Assembly (NCBI RefSeq): GCF_018350175.1
Contig: NC_058373.1
Location: 111,602,001-111,666,000, forward strand
DNA: 64,000 nucleotides
Source of the DNA: Felis catus
Lineage: Eukaryota
Direction of reading: 5' to 3'
In this document: in pieces, positions 14,683-28,605 of the stretch
Position numbering within the stretch: position 1 is the stretch's first letter
Layout: each line of letters opens with the position of its first letter
Translations under genes and position numbers: made by a program
The notes under the pieces: model-generated
The model's input: the letters and a program-made list of their open reading frames with translations, nothing else
The model's database searches: none
Told to the model about the DNA's origin: nothing

Positions 14683-15361
14683 AGCTACTATAACACAGCC
14701 TCAAGACAGCCAATGTAGAACATATTCTACATTTTATTGTGAAAATTACTAGTAGCTATCATTATTAGTTGAAAAAAAACAAGTTTTGTAACTGATATTT
14801 TATAATTGTTGAACTCATATTTTTTTTTATTCATTGGTTTCACTTCCATAATGAAAAAGTACATTTTGTTTGTGATATCTAGAACTCTGTGGAGATAAGT
14901 GGAATTAATAGGTAAATTATAGTTTTTCATTTGAAATGATTTAAGTTTCACGTGGGAAGGTAAGCTCAGTGTGCTGAAGTACAGCTGGCATAAATAAGTT
15001 ATTTTACTTCTTTCATAATGAGCTCATCAATGTATGCAACTTTGAATTTGGAGATGATCACACTTGCATGTTCTGAGTGATGGAGAAGTGAAAGATTACT
15101 TTTTTAATGTAGCTGCGTAATTTCATATCTGTTTAGCGATGTTTCTTAAGCAACTGTTCTTGTTTCCCCTGCCATCTCTCTAAAATAAACGTTCAGCGGA
15201 TGCTTTGAAATTTAATCCTTAAAGCTAGATTCTTTGCTTAGTAGGATACACTGGGTCAGTCTTGGCTTATATATGATTTTTGACACTTGTCTCTTATGAA
15301 GAGAAGATGACCTCTCTTCACCTTTGCCTTTTCCCTGCATCTTTGTCTTTCTCCCTGATAG

Positions 15362-15634
<273 letters not shown>

Positions 15635-15967
15635 TGAACTGCCATGTTCCAAATTATCAGATTTCTAGGCACAGCTTTATGGCTCGTGGTCATCTTTTTC
15701 TCTGGATCTATGACTGCTCAACATAACTAAGGTAAAGTCTAGAATGATATTTTATTTAAAAAGTGCTTTATGACCTGTTTAATTTCTGATGTTCATTTTT
15801 ATCTGGACTTAGCAAAACCACTAAGTTTTTTTAAGGAATGAAATTTACTCTTTTAATGATGATACACCTTTCACTTTTTAGAGTACTTTCACATTACTGA
15901 ACTTAATTGATACACGTAATTATCTAATTTGATACTCATAATTATGTAATAAGGTAGGTCGATACAT

Positions 15968-16100
15968 GAAAATCTTCTGCATGCATGAGAATCACCTGGA
16001 AGACTTGTTAAGACACTGTCTTCTTATTAAGTAGGTCTGGGGGTGCTGAGAATTTGTATTTCAAACAGAGTTTGCGGGTCCAGGGATCACACTGAGACAG
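15968..16100. mobile_element. MER5-like hAT-Charlie relic
   Basis: gcatgagaatcacctgga...agtaggtctggggg..gagaatttgtatttc...gggtccagggatcacact motifs. Confidence 0.55.
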
Positions 16101-16374
16101 ACCATGCAGGTACCTTTTTATCCATTTTACAGTAGAGGACAATGAAACCTAATTTGCTTATGTAATTTTCATTTTATTCAAGAAACAGTTAATGTAAGGT
16201 ACTATGCTAGACATTATAAGAGGTATAAAGATCATCAAGAAATTTTTCTTTATCTCTAAGAATTTAGTAATAGAGGAAGTAGAATATAGAGTTTCTCACT
16301 GCTGATCTACTATTCTTTCTGCAATGATGATTTTTAAACAAGGTCTAAAGTTGGGCTACCTTTTGTTAAAATCC

Positions 16375-16530
16375 TTGCTTTATGAGTTTGTAATCTTGGG
16401 CAAGTTACTAGACTTAGTTCTCTCATCAGTACAGTGAGAGGTAATAATTTACTTACCTCTTTGAGCTGTTGGTAGGAGTAAGCAAAATAATGTATGTAAT
16501 GCACTTAACCATAATGCTTGATAGATGAAC
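16375..16530 (+). mobile_element. MIR relic
   Basis: Core tgtaatcttgggcaagttact...ttctctcatcagtaca...taatgtatgtaatgcactta. Confidence 0.6.
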
Positions 16531-19514
16531 TCTAGTAATTATTAGTTATCGTTAATAGCCTTTATTCATTGGATAAATATACAGTTGAGTACCTACAGTG
16601 TGGCAGATACTGAACTAAGTGAGTAGGTGAAATGCTAGGAAGACAATACACGGTCTCTGCAGTTTCATCTTGTGGGAAGTCAACATTTTTTCAAACGGCT
16701 GAGGCATCTCTGTTAATATAATTTCTCATGAAGCTGAGCATCTTTTTTCACAAGTTTAACACACTAGATGTAGAATAAGAAGCTTTGTCGTTGGCAAAGT
16801 GAGTGACTTTAGTTCCTTTGTTTCTTTTTACCTGTTGGAAAATATCAGATAACCTGACTCTTCACAGAAGTGCAGGAAAATTCATTGGGTAATTTTTATA
16901 AAATGCTTTAAGTTGCTCTATAAAAGGTTCTATATGAATTTAAAGCATTCTTTTGTGATGTGAGTTTTGTCTTTCTTAGGATGATTTAGGAGCCTTATTG
17001 TATGTATCAACATACTTTTTCTTTGTAACACCAAGTTTTAAAGTGAACCTGTTAATCTAGAACCTTAGCTGATCTTTAATTTTGAGGTTACATCTTCCAT
17101 TGATCTGGTCTGTAGTTCACAGCTAGTGCAAACAGATTAGATAATCAAGGTTAGGAATATACAGGAAAAGCGGTTCTGTCAGACTCATTGTGGCTAACTT
17201 TTTCATTTGGGGAACTTAGTTTAATATCAAGCCTCTTTGTGAAAGTACAGAGCCAGAGTAGGGCAAGGTTCTTGTGTTTAACTGTTTCTAGGGAGAGGCA
17301 ACTTTGGGGATGGTAGTCAGTTAATAGGAAAGAAAAAGTTGGCCTCACTCGTCTTACCAAATTTAATGTATAGCTTGGCCTTGCCTAGAAGCTACAACTA
17401 GTTATTTGATTTAATCCTTTCTCATGCATTTTGTAGGCTGTAGTAGCAACTACAAGATGTGAAGGTTAAAGAGGCTTGAATTTGAAACCTGCATAATTGC
17501 TTAAAGTTATAGTTAAACAGGTTCTAGAAATCATTCTTCTTTAATTTATGTGATTCTAAGGCCTAGTAGATACCAGGTGGTTGATTTATCATGCAGCTTA
17601 TAAATGACAGAACTATGGTTGGCACATTGACTTCCACCTGCCCTCGGTCTACACCTTCCCAGTAAACTCTGGCCAAACACCTTACCCATTGGAACAATGA
17701 CAGGCACAGAGACTGTGCTGAATGCCAAGGAACGAAATAAAATTACCGATTTTATTTACTACCCGGTATCCTGTAACTTTTTCCAAACCTTCTATATAAT
17801 TTCCAGTACTTAAGAGTTATCAGTGGTATTTTCTTCTCAATCATTTGCAGTCCCTGATTTTAAAGAAGTCATTTTATCATGGTAGCACAGAATTATAATT
17901 TTAATTAATAGGTCTTTCCTTTATCACTACAGGTATTGTATAAAATCATATATTTTTCTTTCTGCTCGCAAATTAAACTGTGCCTGTTGGACACCTTTAA
18001 TTAATTAAACTAGTGATTATTTTCAATATGCCTGCAGAACTCATTGTAGCTAAAATAATTTAGATGCTAATCTTGTATCTAAAAGAAGGAAGAGATTTAT
18101 GTTTGGGCTTAGAATATTTTATTTTTATGAAAGCTGTGGTAGCCATCCACTTCCGTTTCTGTTTATATACGTTATCTGTATATGTACCTTTTGGAAAAAC
18201 TAACCTGTTTTTAGAATTAGAGGAAACAGAATGAATTTTAATAAGCTCTTTAACTTTAGTTCTTTAGTTAGCCATAAATCAACTACTACATCTGTTATTG
18301 TAGTGACTTGTATAAAGAATCTTGGGATATTTCCCCAGGCACCATTGCCATGAAATTATTATTGTTTATACACACTTGACATGATGTGCCTGCAGGTGGA
18401 ATTTAGTTGTTTCTATTGAAATCTGTCACCAGTACAGAAATTAGTATGCACATCTGATCATTTCAATAGCTAAATCATACCTTGTTGTAGGTTGAATTGT
18501 TTTTTTTTTCCCTTCATTATTTAGGAAACCATATTCTTTATAGTGATTTGGCTAAGTGAAGCAAAATATTCAAAATTATGCTTCCAGTTAAAAATAATAA
18601 TAATGATCTTTCCCATCACCTATGGATGTTGTGTCTATTCTAAAGTTGCTGATAAAAGGGTCAGTTTATTTTTCTGTATCACAAGATATTTCCTAAACCT
18701 GAACTGACTGCATGACTCTTCTAAATAGATTCCTTATGATAATTCAGAATGGAATCTTGGTGTTTAATGGTTTGAAGTATCTTTCAACAATTACTGATTT
18801 TTTTAAATATATATTCACTATTTTAGGCTATTATGATGACCAGCTTCTAAAATGCTTATCTAGTTGATATAAATACTCTTGAATAGATATTTAGCAACAA
18901 AGAACCTCAACCATTTAAACTTAGTTCTCTACTGGTTTTTCCATTCTAAATATTAAACATTTATTCAGATTAGTAGTTGAAGCACTTTGGCTGTTTTATA
19001 TTTCTTTCTCTTGTCTTTTCCCACTGTCTTAATAAATATGTAATAAGTTGAACTGACTTAATTTGGTAAATCGAATTAGAAAATTTTCTTTTAAATGAAA
19101 ATAATGACTAGTAAACAAAAAAGTTTCTAAATATGGTAAAATTTAATGCCCTAGAGATGCCTGATTTAAGTACATCTTCAGGTATATTGCCATTTGCAAT
19201 ATATAGTTATCTAAACTGGGTGGTTACCTTCTCTCCATACCTCATTTCAAAAAGGTTTTGTTCAAAGAGTTTTATTTGTCATTCTTATATGAAGGCAATC
19301 TTAAAATAAAAGTAATTTAGGAAAAGCACCTGCTGTGTGCCAGGCACCATGCTGGACTATGTGAAGAAGACACACATAGTCCCTGCCCTGTCAGGGGCAG
19401 CCTAGGGGGAAAGGCAGGCAGCTGAATGGACCCTTAAAATATGTTATGATACAGGTAAGTTGATAGGACTCTGAAGCACTTACCTAACACATATTTGGGA
19501 TTATTCTGGAAGAA

Positions 19515-19515
19515 T

Positions 19516-19562
<47 letters not shown>

Positions 19563-19753
19563 TTTTTTAATGTTTATACATTTTTGAGAGAGCGAGTACA
19601 AGTTGGGGTTGGGGGGAGCAGAGAGAGGTGGACAGAGGATCCAAAGTGGGCTCTGTGCTGACAGTAGAGAGAGCCTGATGTGGGGCTCAAAGTCACAAAC
19701 CACAGGTCATGACCTGAGTTGAAGTCAGACCTACTGAGCCATCCAGGCACCCC
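19515..19753 (-). mobile_element. Carnivore SINE with (TTTA)~12 tail, inserted in an L2-like relic
   Basis: Ends catccaggcacccc. The tail is expanded as (TTTA)n at 19515-19563. Confidence 0.85.
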
Positions 19754-19931
19754 TGGAGGAGGTGACTTTTAAGCTCAGGCCCAAAGTATGAGTATGAGTC
19801 AGCCAGGTAGAGATGTGGTAGAAGAATTTTCTGTTAGTGGGCACAACATGTGAAAAGAGGTGAGAGAGCATGGAGTCAGTGGGAGAACTAGAAGTAGTTC
19901 ATCATAGAGTTTGATGATTGAGAGACTAAAG

Positions 19932-20331
19932 TTTTGTTTTTTTTGTTTTTTTTAGGTACAATTTTTATTTTTATTTATTTATTGGTTTTTAATATGAAAT
20001 TTATTGTCTAATTGGTTTCCATGCAACACCCAGTGCTCATCCCAACAGGTGCCCTCCTCAATACCCATCACCCACCCTCCCCTCCCTCCCACCCCCCATC
20101 AACCCTCAGTTTGTTCTCAGTTTTTAAGAGTCTCTTACGCTTTGGCTCCCTCCCTCTCTAACTTTTTTTTTTCCTTCCCCTCCCCCATGGTCTTCTGTCA
20201 AGTTTCTCAGGATCCACATAAGAGTGAAAACATATGGTATCTGTCTTTTCTCTGTATGACTTATTTCACTTAGCATAACACTCTCCAGTTCCATCCACGT
20301 TGCTACAAAAGACCATATTTCATTCTTTCTC
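19932..20331 (-). mobile_element. Young felid L1 3' end (~0.4 kb)
   Basis: Nearly the same 3' UTR as the 1017-2429 element. The ORF2 end reads DRYHMFSLLCGS* on the - strand. Confidence 0.9.
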
Positions 20332-20616
20332 GTTTTCTTGGCTCCTTTTTTAATTAAAAAATTATGGTTTCATTTTTAATATTTTTTAGGGTTTACACTT
20401 GGTAAAATTTTTAAAGCTGACAAACACTACAAACTCATAAAACTCAGAAAAAACCAACATAATATTTTGATTAATTAACTATCTAAAACACTTCTATAAT
20501 GCTATTTTCCCTGCACTTAAAAATAGGGTAATTTCTATATGATAACAATTTTGCATTATCATTTTATATGCAAAGAATAGAAGGGTAATTCAGTCTTCTA
20601 GCTTGGTTGATCAAAT

Positions 20617-21308
20617 TATTTTTCCAGTTTTATTGAGATATAACTCATAATATCGTATTAGTGTAAGGTATACAACCTATAATTTGATATAAGTATATTT
20701 GATATAAAATATAGTTAATACAGTAAATTTAGTTAATATCCATCACTTCACTTACATTTTTTTTCTTGTGATAAGGACTTTTAAGATTTATTCTTTTGGC
20801 CACTCTCAAATATACAGTATAGTATTGTTAACTATAGTCACCATGGTGTACGTTATATCCCCAGAACTAATTTATCTTTTAATTGGAAGTTTGACCTCCT
20901 TCACACTTTCCCTCCATCCCTACCCTTCCCCACCTCTGGCAAATACCTGTCTGTTCTCTGTTTCTGTGAGTTCGGTTTTTTTAGATTCCACATACAAATG
21001 AGATCATACAGTGTTTGTCTCTCTCTGACTTATTGTCACTTAGCATAATGTCCTCAAGGCCCATTCATGTTATCACAAATGCTGGTATTTCCTTCTTTCT
21101 CATGGCTGAATAATATTCGTGTATGTGTGTGTATTTTCTTTATCCATTCATCCATTGGTGGACATGTAGGTTGTTTCTGTGTTTTGGCTTTTGTGAATAA
21201 TGCTGCAGTGAACATGAGGGTGCATGTATCTCTTTGTGGCAGTGATTTCATTTCCTTCAGATACATACCCAGAAGTGGGATTGCTGGATCAACATGGTAG
21301 TTCTACCA
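20617..21308 (-). mobile_element. Older L1 3' fragment (carnivore/L1MA-like)
   Basis: ccagttttattgagatataac 3' terminus and ORF2 remnant [24 protein letters not shown]...DEWIKK on the - strand. Confidence 0.85.
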
Positions 21309-22843
21309 TTAAAGTCTTTAAGCAAATATCTCTCATTATATCAAAAGGAAAATCTTTAGCAAGCAAAGCACAAATTAAATTATACTTCAAATTTTCCTGT
21401 GAAACTAATATTTTTAACTTTTATAAAAGTACTAAGATGTCTATTAGAATTATCTAAATGGTCCAGCCGGGGTATCCTTAATAACAGCTAATCTCATGTT
21501 GACACTGATAAAATAATGAAGTGGTTAAGAGTCCATAAGCATAATGTACCTATTAAAATAGACTATGGATATGCTTCTATGTGGCATTTTTACAGTAATA
21601 TTTTCAACCTTTGATGATTGATTAATAGAAACTCCAAATAAGTGAAAATAATATTTTAGATCCCTTATGCTGCAAAAAACATTTTGATTTCTCTGATTAG
21701 GTAATGTGATGAAGAGGAAAAGATCCTGGACTGTGAGTTTGACCATATCAGATCTCACTTCTGTTATTTTTAGCTTTCTGAACGTCGGCAATTAATTGTA
21801 GCTTCTGAACTTCAGTTTAGCTCTATGAAAAGCTCATGATACTCAATACCTACCTCCCTATCAACTTTTATAGGCTGTAATCACAAGGGGAAATGATAAA
21901 ACCATAACAGGTATTAAGATGATTTTCATATACAGTTTATTTTCATTGTGTATGTTTGGTCCCCAGATTTTAAAATACAAACATGATAATGGAATATATT
22001 GTTAGATTATAACTTGCAACAACAGGAAAGTTATCTTTTTACTGTAAGATGAAAATTAAGCCTTTATAGGAGCTTCATATAGTTTTTTCCTTTTTAAAAT
22101 TGTAGAATTAAATGAAAAAGTTGAAAGAGATTGAGAGAGGAGAAAGAGCTTCTGAGAATAACATCTAGACATTAAAATATCTCTGTGCTTAGTAAACCCA
22201 CTATTTATCATAATAAAATTCTGGACCAAAGATTCTCCCCCGAAGCTACCTTACCCTCATCTCAATATTTTTTCTATACCAATACACCTCAGATAGAAGA
22301 TTTACTCCCACCTATAACAGTGGCTAACAGTAGTTAGTGGCTTTTAAACTGGTTGAGTTTGGGGCTAAGAGATGGTGGTACAGGGAGAATGGCTTGGAGA
22401 GTGAGTTGGTGCCATACATAGTTGAAAAGCTAGCTGTCCAGGCTTCAAGATTCTGATGGGTCTCTCTGCCCTGCATCCGACTCCTCTGAGAATTACCTGA
22501 CCTAAACAAGTATCATTGCAGGTGCATCAGGACTTTAGTTTCAACTGTATGACTTTTTTTTTTTTTGTTATTCATGGTTCATAAAAGAAAGAAAGATCTT
22601 TGTTTCAGCAGTGTAAAATACCAGTTAGATTATATGTATGTCTCAGTAGAACTCAAACTCCTTTTCACTGTGACATTTCCTTTATCTTCAGCTTCCCACT
22701 TAAGGGCAGAAAAAGAAGTCTTTGATATATCATTTATAGTTATGAAATACAGAAATACAGGATTAGAGAGCTGAAGCTTTATCCACACAACAGCCTTGCC
22801 CAGGGTGAGCCCACGTAGATATTTATTTCCAAGTTTATCCTAC

Positions 22844-23138
22844 AAGTGCTTCTCAAATTGAGTTACATGTAAACCTGGGGAAAGTGAGTCAGAGGTTTAT
22901 AAACTGCCAGGATAAATGTGGCACATTTTCCTGAAAATTGATACAATTTTATTTGCTGGCATATAAGTTAAATTATTTTCAGATAATAAAACAAACAGGA
23001 TATGTAATGGAGTGAAATGAAAAATTTGATCAAACTTTAGCCCATTGGTTTAGGCCAGGCTTCATATTCTTAATAGTATCTAAGTTTACTCTCCTCTGCT
23101 ATCGGGAGCATTTTGGTGGAAAACTTTAAGAAGCACCA
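22844..23138. mobile_element. Possible non-autonomous hAT-Charlie-type element
   Basis: Imperfect terminal inverted repeats agtgcttctcaaa and tttaagaagcacc about 290 bp apart. Confidence 0.4.
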
Positions 23139-25514
23139 TTCAAATTCTATTTGAATTTTTAGCTTATTTTATCTTTACGGGGAGACTCCAGAGGGCAGTA
23201 GGGCTTAGATGTTCTGGGTTATTTACACAATGCCAAGCACTTTATCAGAGCACAGTAAATGCAACAAAAGAAACAAATCAAACCCACCTCTCCTGCATCC
23301 TGGTCCAAATCTGTTACCCTGCAAGCTGTGTGAAGCACTTTTGCCAAATCGTAGATTTTGTTTTTTTTAAAAATGGTTTATCACTAAGAATGAATCTTTT
23401 TAGCGATATATTCTGGCCTTTTTAGACAAGGTTCTGGCAGAATGAGTTCACAGATAGAAAGCGGTATGATTTAGAAGTAACAATACATAATTAGCATCAG
23501 AGTCATTGTGGAGTGGAAACAGTTTCATTGGCAAAGTTTTTGAAAATCCCTTAAGTCTAGTTAGAACGTATCCAAGGTTGCTAGAACTAGAAATAGAATC
23601 CAGGTGCTCTTATTTCCTATGGGATGTCTGGGCCACGTGGCCATGATACCTGACTCAGAAATTATCAGTGTTTTTGTAAATACTGATACACCTTTATGTT
23701 ACAAGTGTGTTTCTTCAAGATTTGCTATAAATTGAATTATTATAAAGCAAGTGATGTTTTAAACATTTTAGTGGAGCTTTTTAAAGGATTCCCAAAGGAA
23801 ATCCTTTCCTAAAGGAAAGAATCTTTCTCCTAATATGATCTAGTAGTCCCCTGATTCATCACTTGTTTTTCATTCCTTCCTTCCTTCCTCCCTCCCTTCC
23901 TTCCTTCCTCTTTCAAATGTTTGGATTTTTCTGTTTTTCTGAGGCACACCTATGTAAGTCTTTGAGGCTCTGTCACATTTGGCTTTGGATCCACACAGCA
24001 AAGTATATAAAAGGAAGAATGAAGTCTTTTAGTAGCATTTGGATAAGAGTTCTATGTGTTTAAAACATGTAGATCACATTCAAGTTTAGAATGGTTCTGC
24101 AAATAAGATAACTGTTGAAATGCTAAAGAAAGTTAAGAATGCCTCCTAGCTCTTTTGGTTAGTTTTATATGCAAGAGTTCTGTGTATGATATAAATCTAG
24201 AATTTCTTATCTTTCTTCCTCATGTTTGTATAAATAATATGGTAATCCATGGAATAGGAAAAGATAATAGTCCCTGATCTTTAGTGCAATGATATATATC
24301 CTTTTTCTTCCCTCCAAAAGGATGTTGCTGAGTAAGAAGGCTCAGTAGAAGTTTATACATTAGGTAACACTATAAAATGTATTTTATGCATATGTAATTT
24401 AAATAATAGATTTTCCTTCTCACACATTTTCCTTATCTTTAGCAGAAGGTCAGAAGCAGATTACAGAATTATAAACATCCCTAGCTGATACTTTAGAGAT
24501 CAGTATTTTTCCTCCTATTTAGCTTCCCAGAAAGCAAGGAATAAAAATATTCCTGACAGTATTGAAAAGGATTAGGTCTGAGTTCCCTACCTTTTCCAAA
24601 AGAGATACTCCTTTTCATTCAATTAAAGTTTAATCTACTAATATAAGTAGCCTTTAAACAATGCAGATTATATTCCCTAGAAGCAAGAAATTGCAGATAG
24701 TAATGCTATAAGTCAAAATGATTTTCCCAAAAGACATAATATTATAATTAGGATTATTATAATTCTTGATTAAAAATCATACATCCATCTTACATTTTTT
24801 AAAGTACAACTGTTACACAAATACTGCATATTTATTTAGGTATAAATATAATTAGGTATAAATATATGTTTATATTTATAATATTTTTATAATGAAGTTT
24901 CTGACCATGGATCACCCACGTAAATAAGGTGGTACACTAGACATCAAGTGAACCGTTGAGTGTTTCTAGATGCTGTAGGAGATATAAAGATAAATAAGAC
25001 CCAGTCCTGCCCTTCAAGAATGTGTATTGAGTATGCTAAGACCTATAGATCTGTAAATGTAACAGAGGTAGGATATGCTAAGTGTCATAAGGGAGATACA
25101 AAGTTCTGTAGGTCATCAGAGGATAGAGAAATTGTTTCTGGCCAAAGGAATTAAAGGCATCACTGGGAGCATAATTTAAGCCTTTAAAGAATAAGGAAAG
25201 GCATAGTCTTTAAGGGCAGGTCAGTGTTATCGATTGGGAATCAGGAGTTACTAACCGTGTGACTTTAGTGTCCCACAACCTTTCTTAATATCTGTTCAAT
25301 GTACCTTATGGAATTATGAGGATTCAAAGTGATAATGTATTTGACAGTGCTTTATATATAGTTTAAACCACCATGTGTGTTTTTATTAGCACTTTAGCTT
25401 TATAGGAACAGAGCAAAATAATAAAATAACATAATTCGGTCATGGGATTTTAGCAAGGGCTTCTTTTGAGAAACTTTTAACAACCAAATTAATGAAACTT
25501 AGAAGTACTCAATG

Positions 25515-25846
25515 CAGAACACCTGGGTGGCTGAGTCAGTTGACATCTGACTCTTGATTTCAGCTCAGGACATGATCCTAGGGTTGTGGGATCAAGCCCT
25601 GTGTCGGGCTGCACACTTAGCATGGGATCTGCTTAGGATTCTTTCTCTCTCTCTCCCTCTCCCTCTCCCTCTCCCTCTCCCTCTCCCTCTCCCTCTCCCT
25701 CTCCCTCTCCCTCTCCCTCTCCCTCTCCCTCTCCTTCTCCCTTCCTCCCTTTCTCTGTCTCTGTCTCTGTCTCTTTCTCCCTCTCCCTCTTCCTCTGCCA
25801 CTCTTCCCCTCTCGTGTGTACTCTCTCTCTCTCTTAAAAAAAAAAA
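25515..25846 (+). mobile_element. Carnivore SINE with expanded (CTCTCC)n tract
   Basis: cacctgggtggctgagtcagtt head, hexamer array at ~25650-25735 and A-tail. TSD aagtactca(a/g)tg at 25503-25514 and 25847-25858. Confidence 0.9.
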
Positions 25847-27181
25847 AAGTACTCAGTGGCTTTTTGTGAAGCTCATTCAGAAGTGTAAGTGAAAACAGAA
25901 GAGGTAAATTATGATAGAGAGACAAAGGAAAGATAACCATCCCCTTTGCTCATCCTCCATGGAAATCCAGGTTTAGTTCCCCAGCCCACATGAGGACCAT
26001 TCCCTACTCAGATTTTACTGAGATTCTCCAGTAAAATCCCAATGTCTAAACTGATTGAGCACCAGCAATATCCTGTCAAGGAAACCTGACCAATTCCCCT
26101 TAATTTTGGAGGACTAAATCTCCTTCTTAGCTAGAGCACTGACCCCAATTAGAAAACTGTCCTGACAAAGCAGTTAGTCTTCAGTTCTTTAGCTGTGTAA
26201 GCTGATAGGATGATGATTTTGGGAGGCAAGAAGGGGACTTGGAATAAAACATACTGTCTTGGAGCTCTAATATTTAGGTAATACTAAGAGAAAGAAGATT
26301 TCTGTAAAGGTTCTTTTGTGTGGGAGCTGTGTCAAAATTAATGCTTAAGAATCTGAACATACCCAAGGTGTTAATTTTCAGGTAACTTGCCTAAAAGTGG
26401 AGGTAGACTTTGGTGAAGAAGGTTTTTCAAAACAATGGCAATGGAATTGAGCAAATCATAAGGATCTGATTATTGGAAATACATAAAAATAAGGGTCTTG
26501 GACTGACCATCCCTCTGGTACCTTACCTGTCTGTCTGTTGACTAGATGGAACTAGATGTGCCAGACCAGCAGAGATTATGTTTAGGTTACGAACCCAAAA
26601 CATTGTATTGAAGTACTGTAGCATGTTCCTATGCTCTCTAGTTTCGGGATATTAAATACCTTATTTGAAGTTATTTTTATTATATGTCTAGACTGTGGCT
26701 AGGAATGGACTACCCTAAAACACTCCAGTGGGATTTTGAGGCATGATGAAAAAAGCTGTTGATAAAAGGGTTCATTACCAGTATTTTCCTTTTTCTGTTG
26801 CCACTGCCCACCTTGCTATATCCACTGAAACTGGATAGTGGGACAAATGAAATTCGGGAATTGGCTGATTTCATAGCTGCTTCTGCTTCTACCTCTGGCC
26901 AGTCTTAATCCATGCAATTCAGAATATCCAATAATAGGATTGGCAAAAGTAGACATTGTACTCTGTGTCCCCCCTTTTGAAGATTATGTCCAATATGAAC
27001 CATGGGTCCACCCACATTGAGATGTTAGAATCTGTAGAGCATTCCATGTGCATCTTTTGGAAATGTCTAGCCATTAGTACCTGGATTGAGTTTAGAGGAT
27101 AAGATAGCCTTTGAAGAGTATGATTTCTACATTTTAAAAGTAATGTGGTATTTCTGTTTCAGAGGAAAGATTATCTTATGG

Positions 27182-27473
27182 TAGGAACAACAAGAATTCT
27201 TAGCAAGGAATTGGAGAAAAAGGAACCTCTTGCACTGTTGGTGGGAATGCAAACTGGCACAGCCACTGTGGAAATCAGCATGGAAATTCCTCAAAAAGTT
27301 AAAAATAGAACTACCCACTATCCAGTAATCACACTCCAGGGTATTTATCCAATAAATACAAAAACACTAATTCAAAGGGATATGTGCACCCCTGTGTTTA
27401 CTGCAGCATTATTTATAATAGCCAAATTATGGAAGCAGCCCACATGCCCGTGATAGATGAATGCATACAGAAG

Positions 27474-27519
<46 letters not shown>

Positions 27520-27995
27520 TATTTCAAGTGTTTCCCGTTGTAAACAATGATTAATGGATATCCGATATCTTTGTGCATGTCTCCTTGTGCATGTATACAC
27601 AAGTGGAGACTTATTCACCCATAAAAAGAATGAAATCTTGCTATTTGCAACAACATGGATGGAGCTAGACAGTATAATACTGAAAGCCAAATAAGTCAGA
27701 GAAAGACAAATACCGTATGATTTCACTCATACGGGAAATTTAAGAAAGAAAACAAATAAGCAAAGGAAAAAGAGAGAGAGAGACATGCACAAACCGAAAA
27801 ACAGTCTCTTAACTATATAAAACAAACTGATGGTTGCCAGAAGGGAGGTGGATGGGGAATGGGTGAGATAAGTGATGGGGATTAAGGAGTGCACTTGTCA
27901 CGAGCAGTAGGTGATGTATGCAAGTGTTGAATTACTATATTATACACCTGAAACTAATAAAATGCTGTATGTTAACTATACTGGAATTTTAAAAA
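27182..27995 (+). mobile_element. L1 3' fragment (carnivore L1) with internal (TG)n and a foreign ~75 bp insert
   Basis: ORF2 end remnant (MCTPVFTAALFIIAKLWKQPTCP), 3' UTR and A-tail. Degenerate TSD aaagattatcttatgg / aaaggttactttatgg. Confidence 0.85.
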
Positions 27996-28384
27996 AAGGT
28001 TACTTTATGGCTTGTCATGAGTCGCCATCTTAAACATACCCACTTATATTATACATGTGTTAATAAGTGAACATTTAGTTCATTCCTACTGTATTTTATT
28101 GTATGTATGTGTCATGATTTGTGTATTCACAAATTGTCCTCATTGATGGACGTTTAAATTATTTCAGGTTTTTCCCACTATAAACAATGATTAATGAATA
28201 TCTTTGTGCATGTCTCCTTGTGCATATGTATTTCTCTAAGGCAGTGCTTATCAAAGGTTTTCACATCTTACCGTATGTTAAAAGATACTTTTACTGGCCT
28301 TATTATCTGGGAGGTGGTGGAATATGGTAAAGCTACAGAGATCTCTGTGGCAGTGTGTTACAAATAAAATCTTATGCTCTAAAA

Positions 28385-28605
28385 AAGGGGCAGGCAAACT
28401 GTAGTCCTCAGCCAAACTTAGCTCACCACCTATTTTGGTAAATAGTTTTACTCGAACACACCCATGCCCGTTTGTAAACATCATGTCTATGGATGCTTTC
28501 ATATTACAGTGACAGAGTTGAATAGTTGCAGCAGAGACCATATGGCCTGCAAAGCCTAAAATATTTACTGTCTGGCTTTTTATAAAAAAAGTTTGCCGAC
28601 TCCTA
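28385..28605 (+). mobile_element. MER58A-like hAT-Charlie DNA transposon
   Basis: TIRs aggggcaggcaaact / agtttgccgactcct, the internal motif gcaaagcctaaaatatttactg, and an 8-bp TSD ctctaaaa at 28377-28384 and 28606-28613. Confidence 0.88.

Noticed and set aside
23783..23830. Adjacent small hairpins (aaaggatt/aatccttt and ctttcc/ggaaag)
   Set aside because: Short low-complexity stems with no recognisable ncRNA motif.
25554..25940. ORFs with PLPLPL, RGRGRG and ERERER runs
   Set aside because: These are translations of the (CTCTCC)n tract within a SINE, with no splice or coding support.
26011..26038. Perfect 10-bp inverted repeat gattttactg / cagtaaaatc with an 8-nt loop
   Set aside because: Too short for a pre-miRNA and plausible by chance in AT-rich DNA. 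No other support.
26367..26390. ttttcAG|GTAACT as a recursive splice (ratchet) point in the 40.5-kb intron
   Set aside because: The polypyrimidine tract is very short and the motif is common by chance. It cannot be supported without nascent RNA data.
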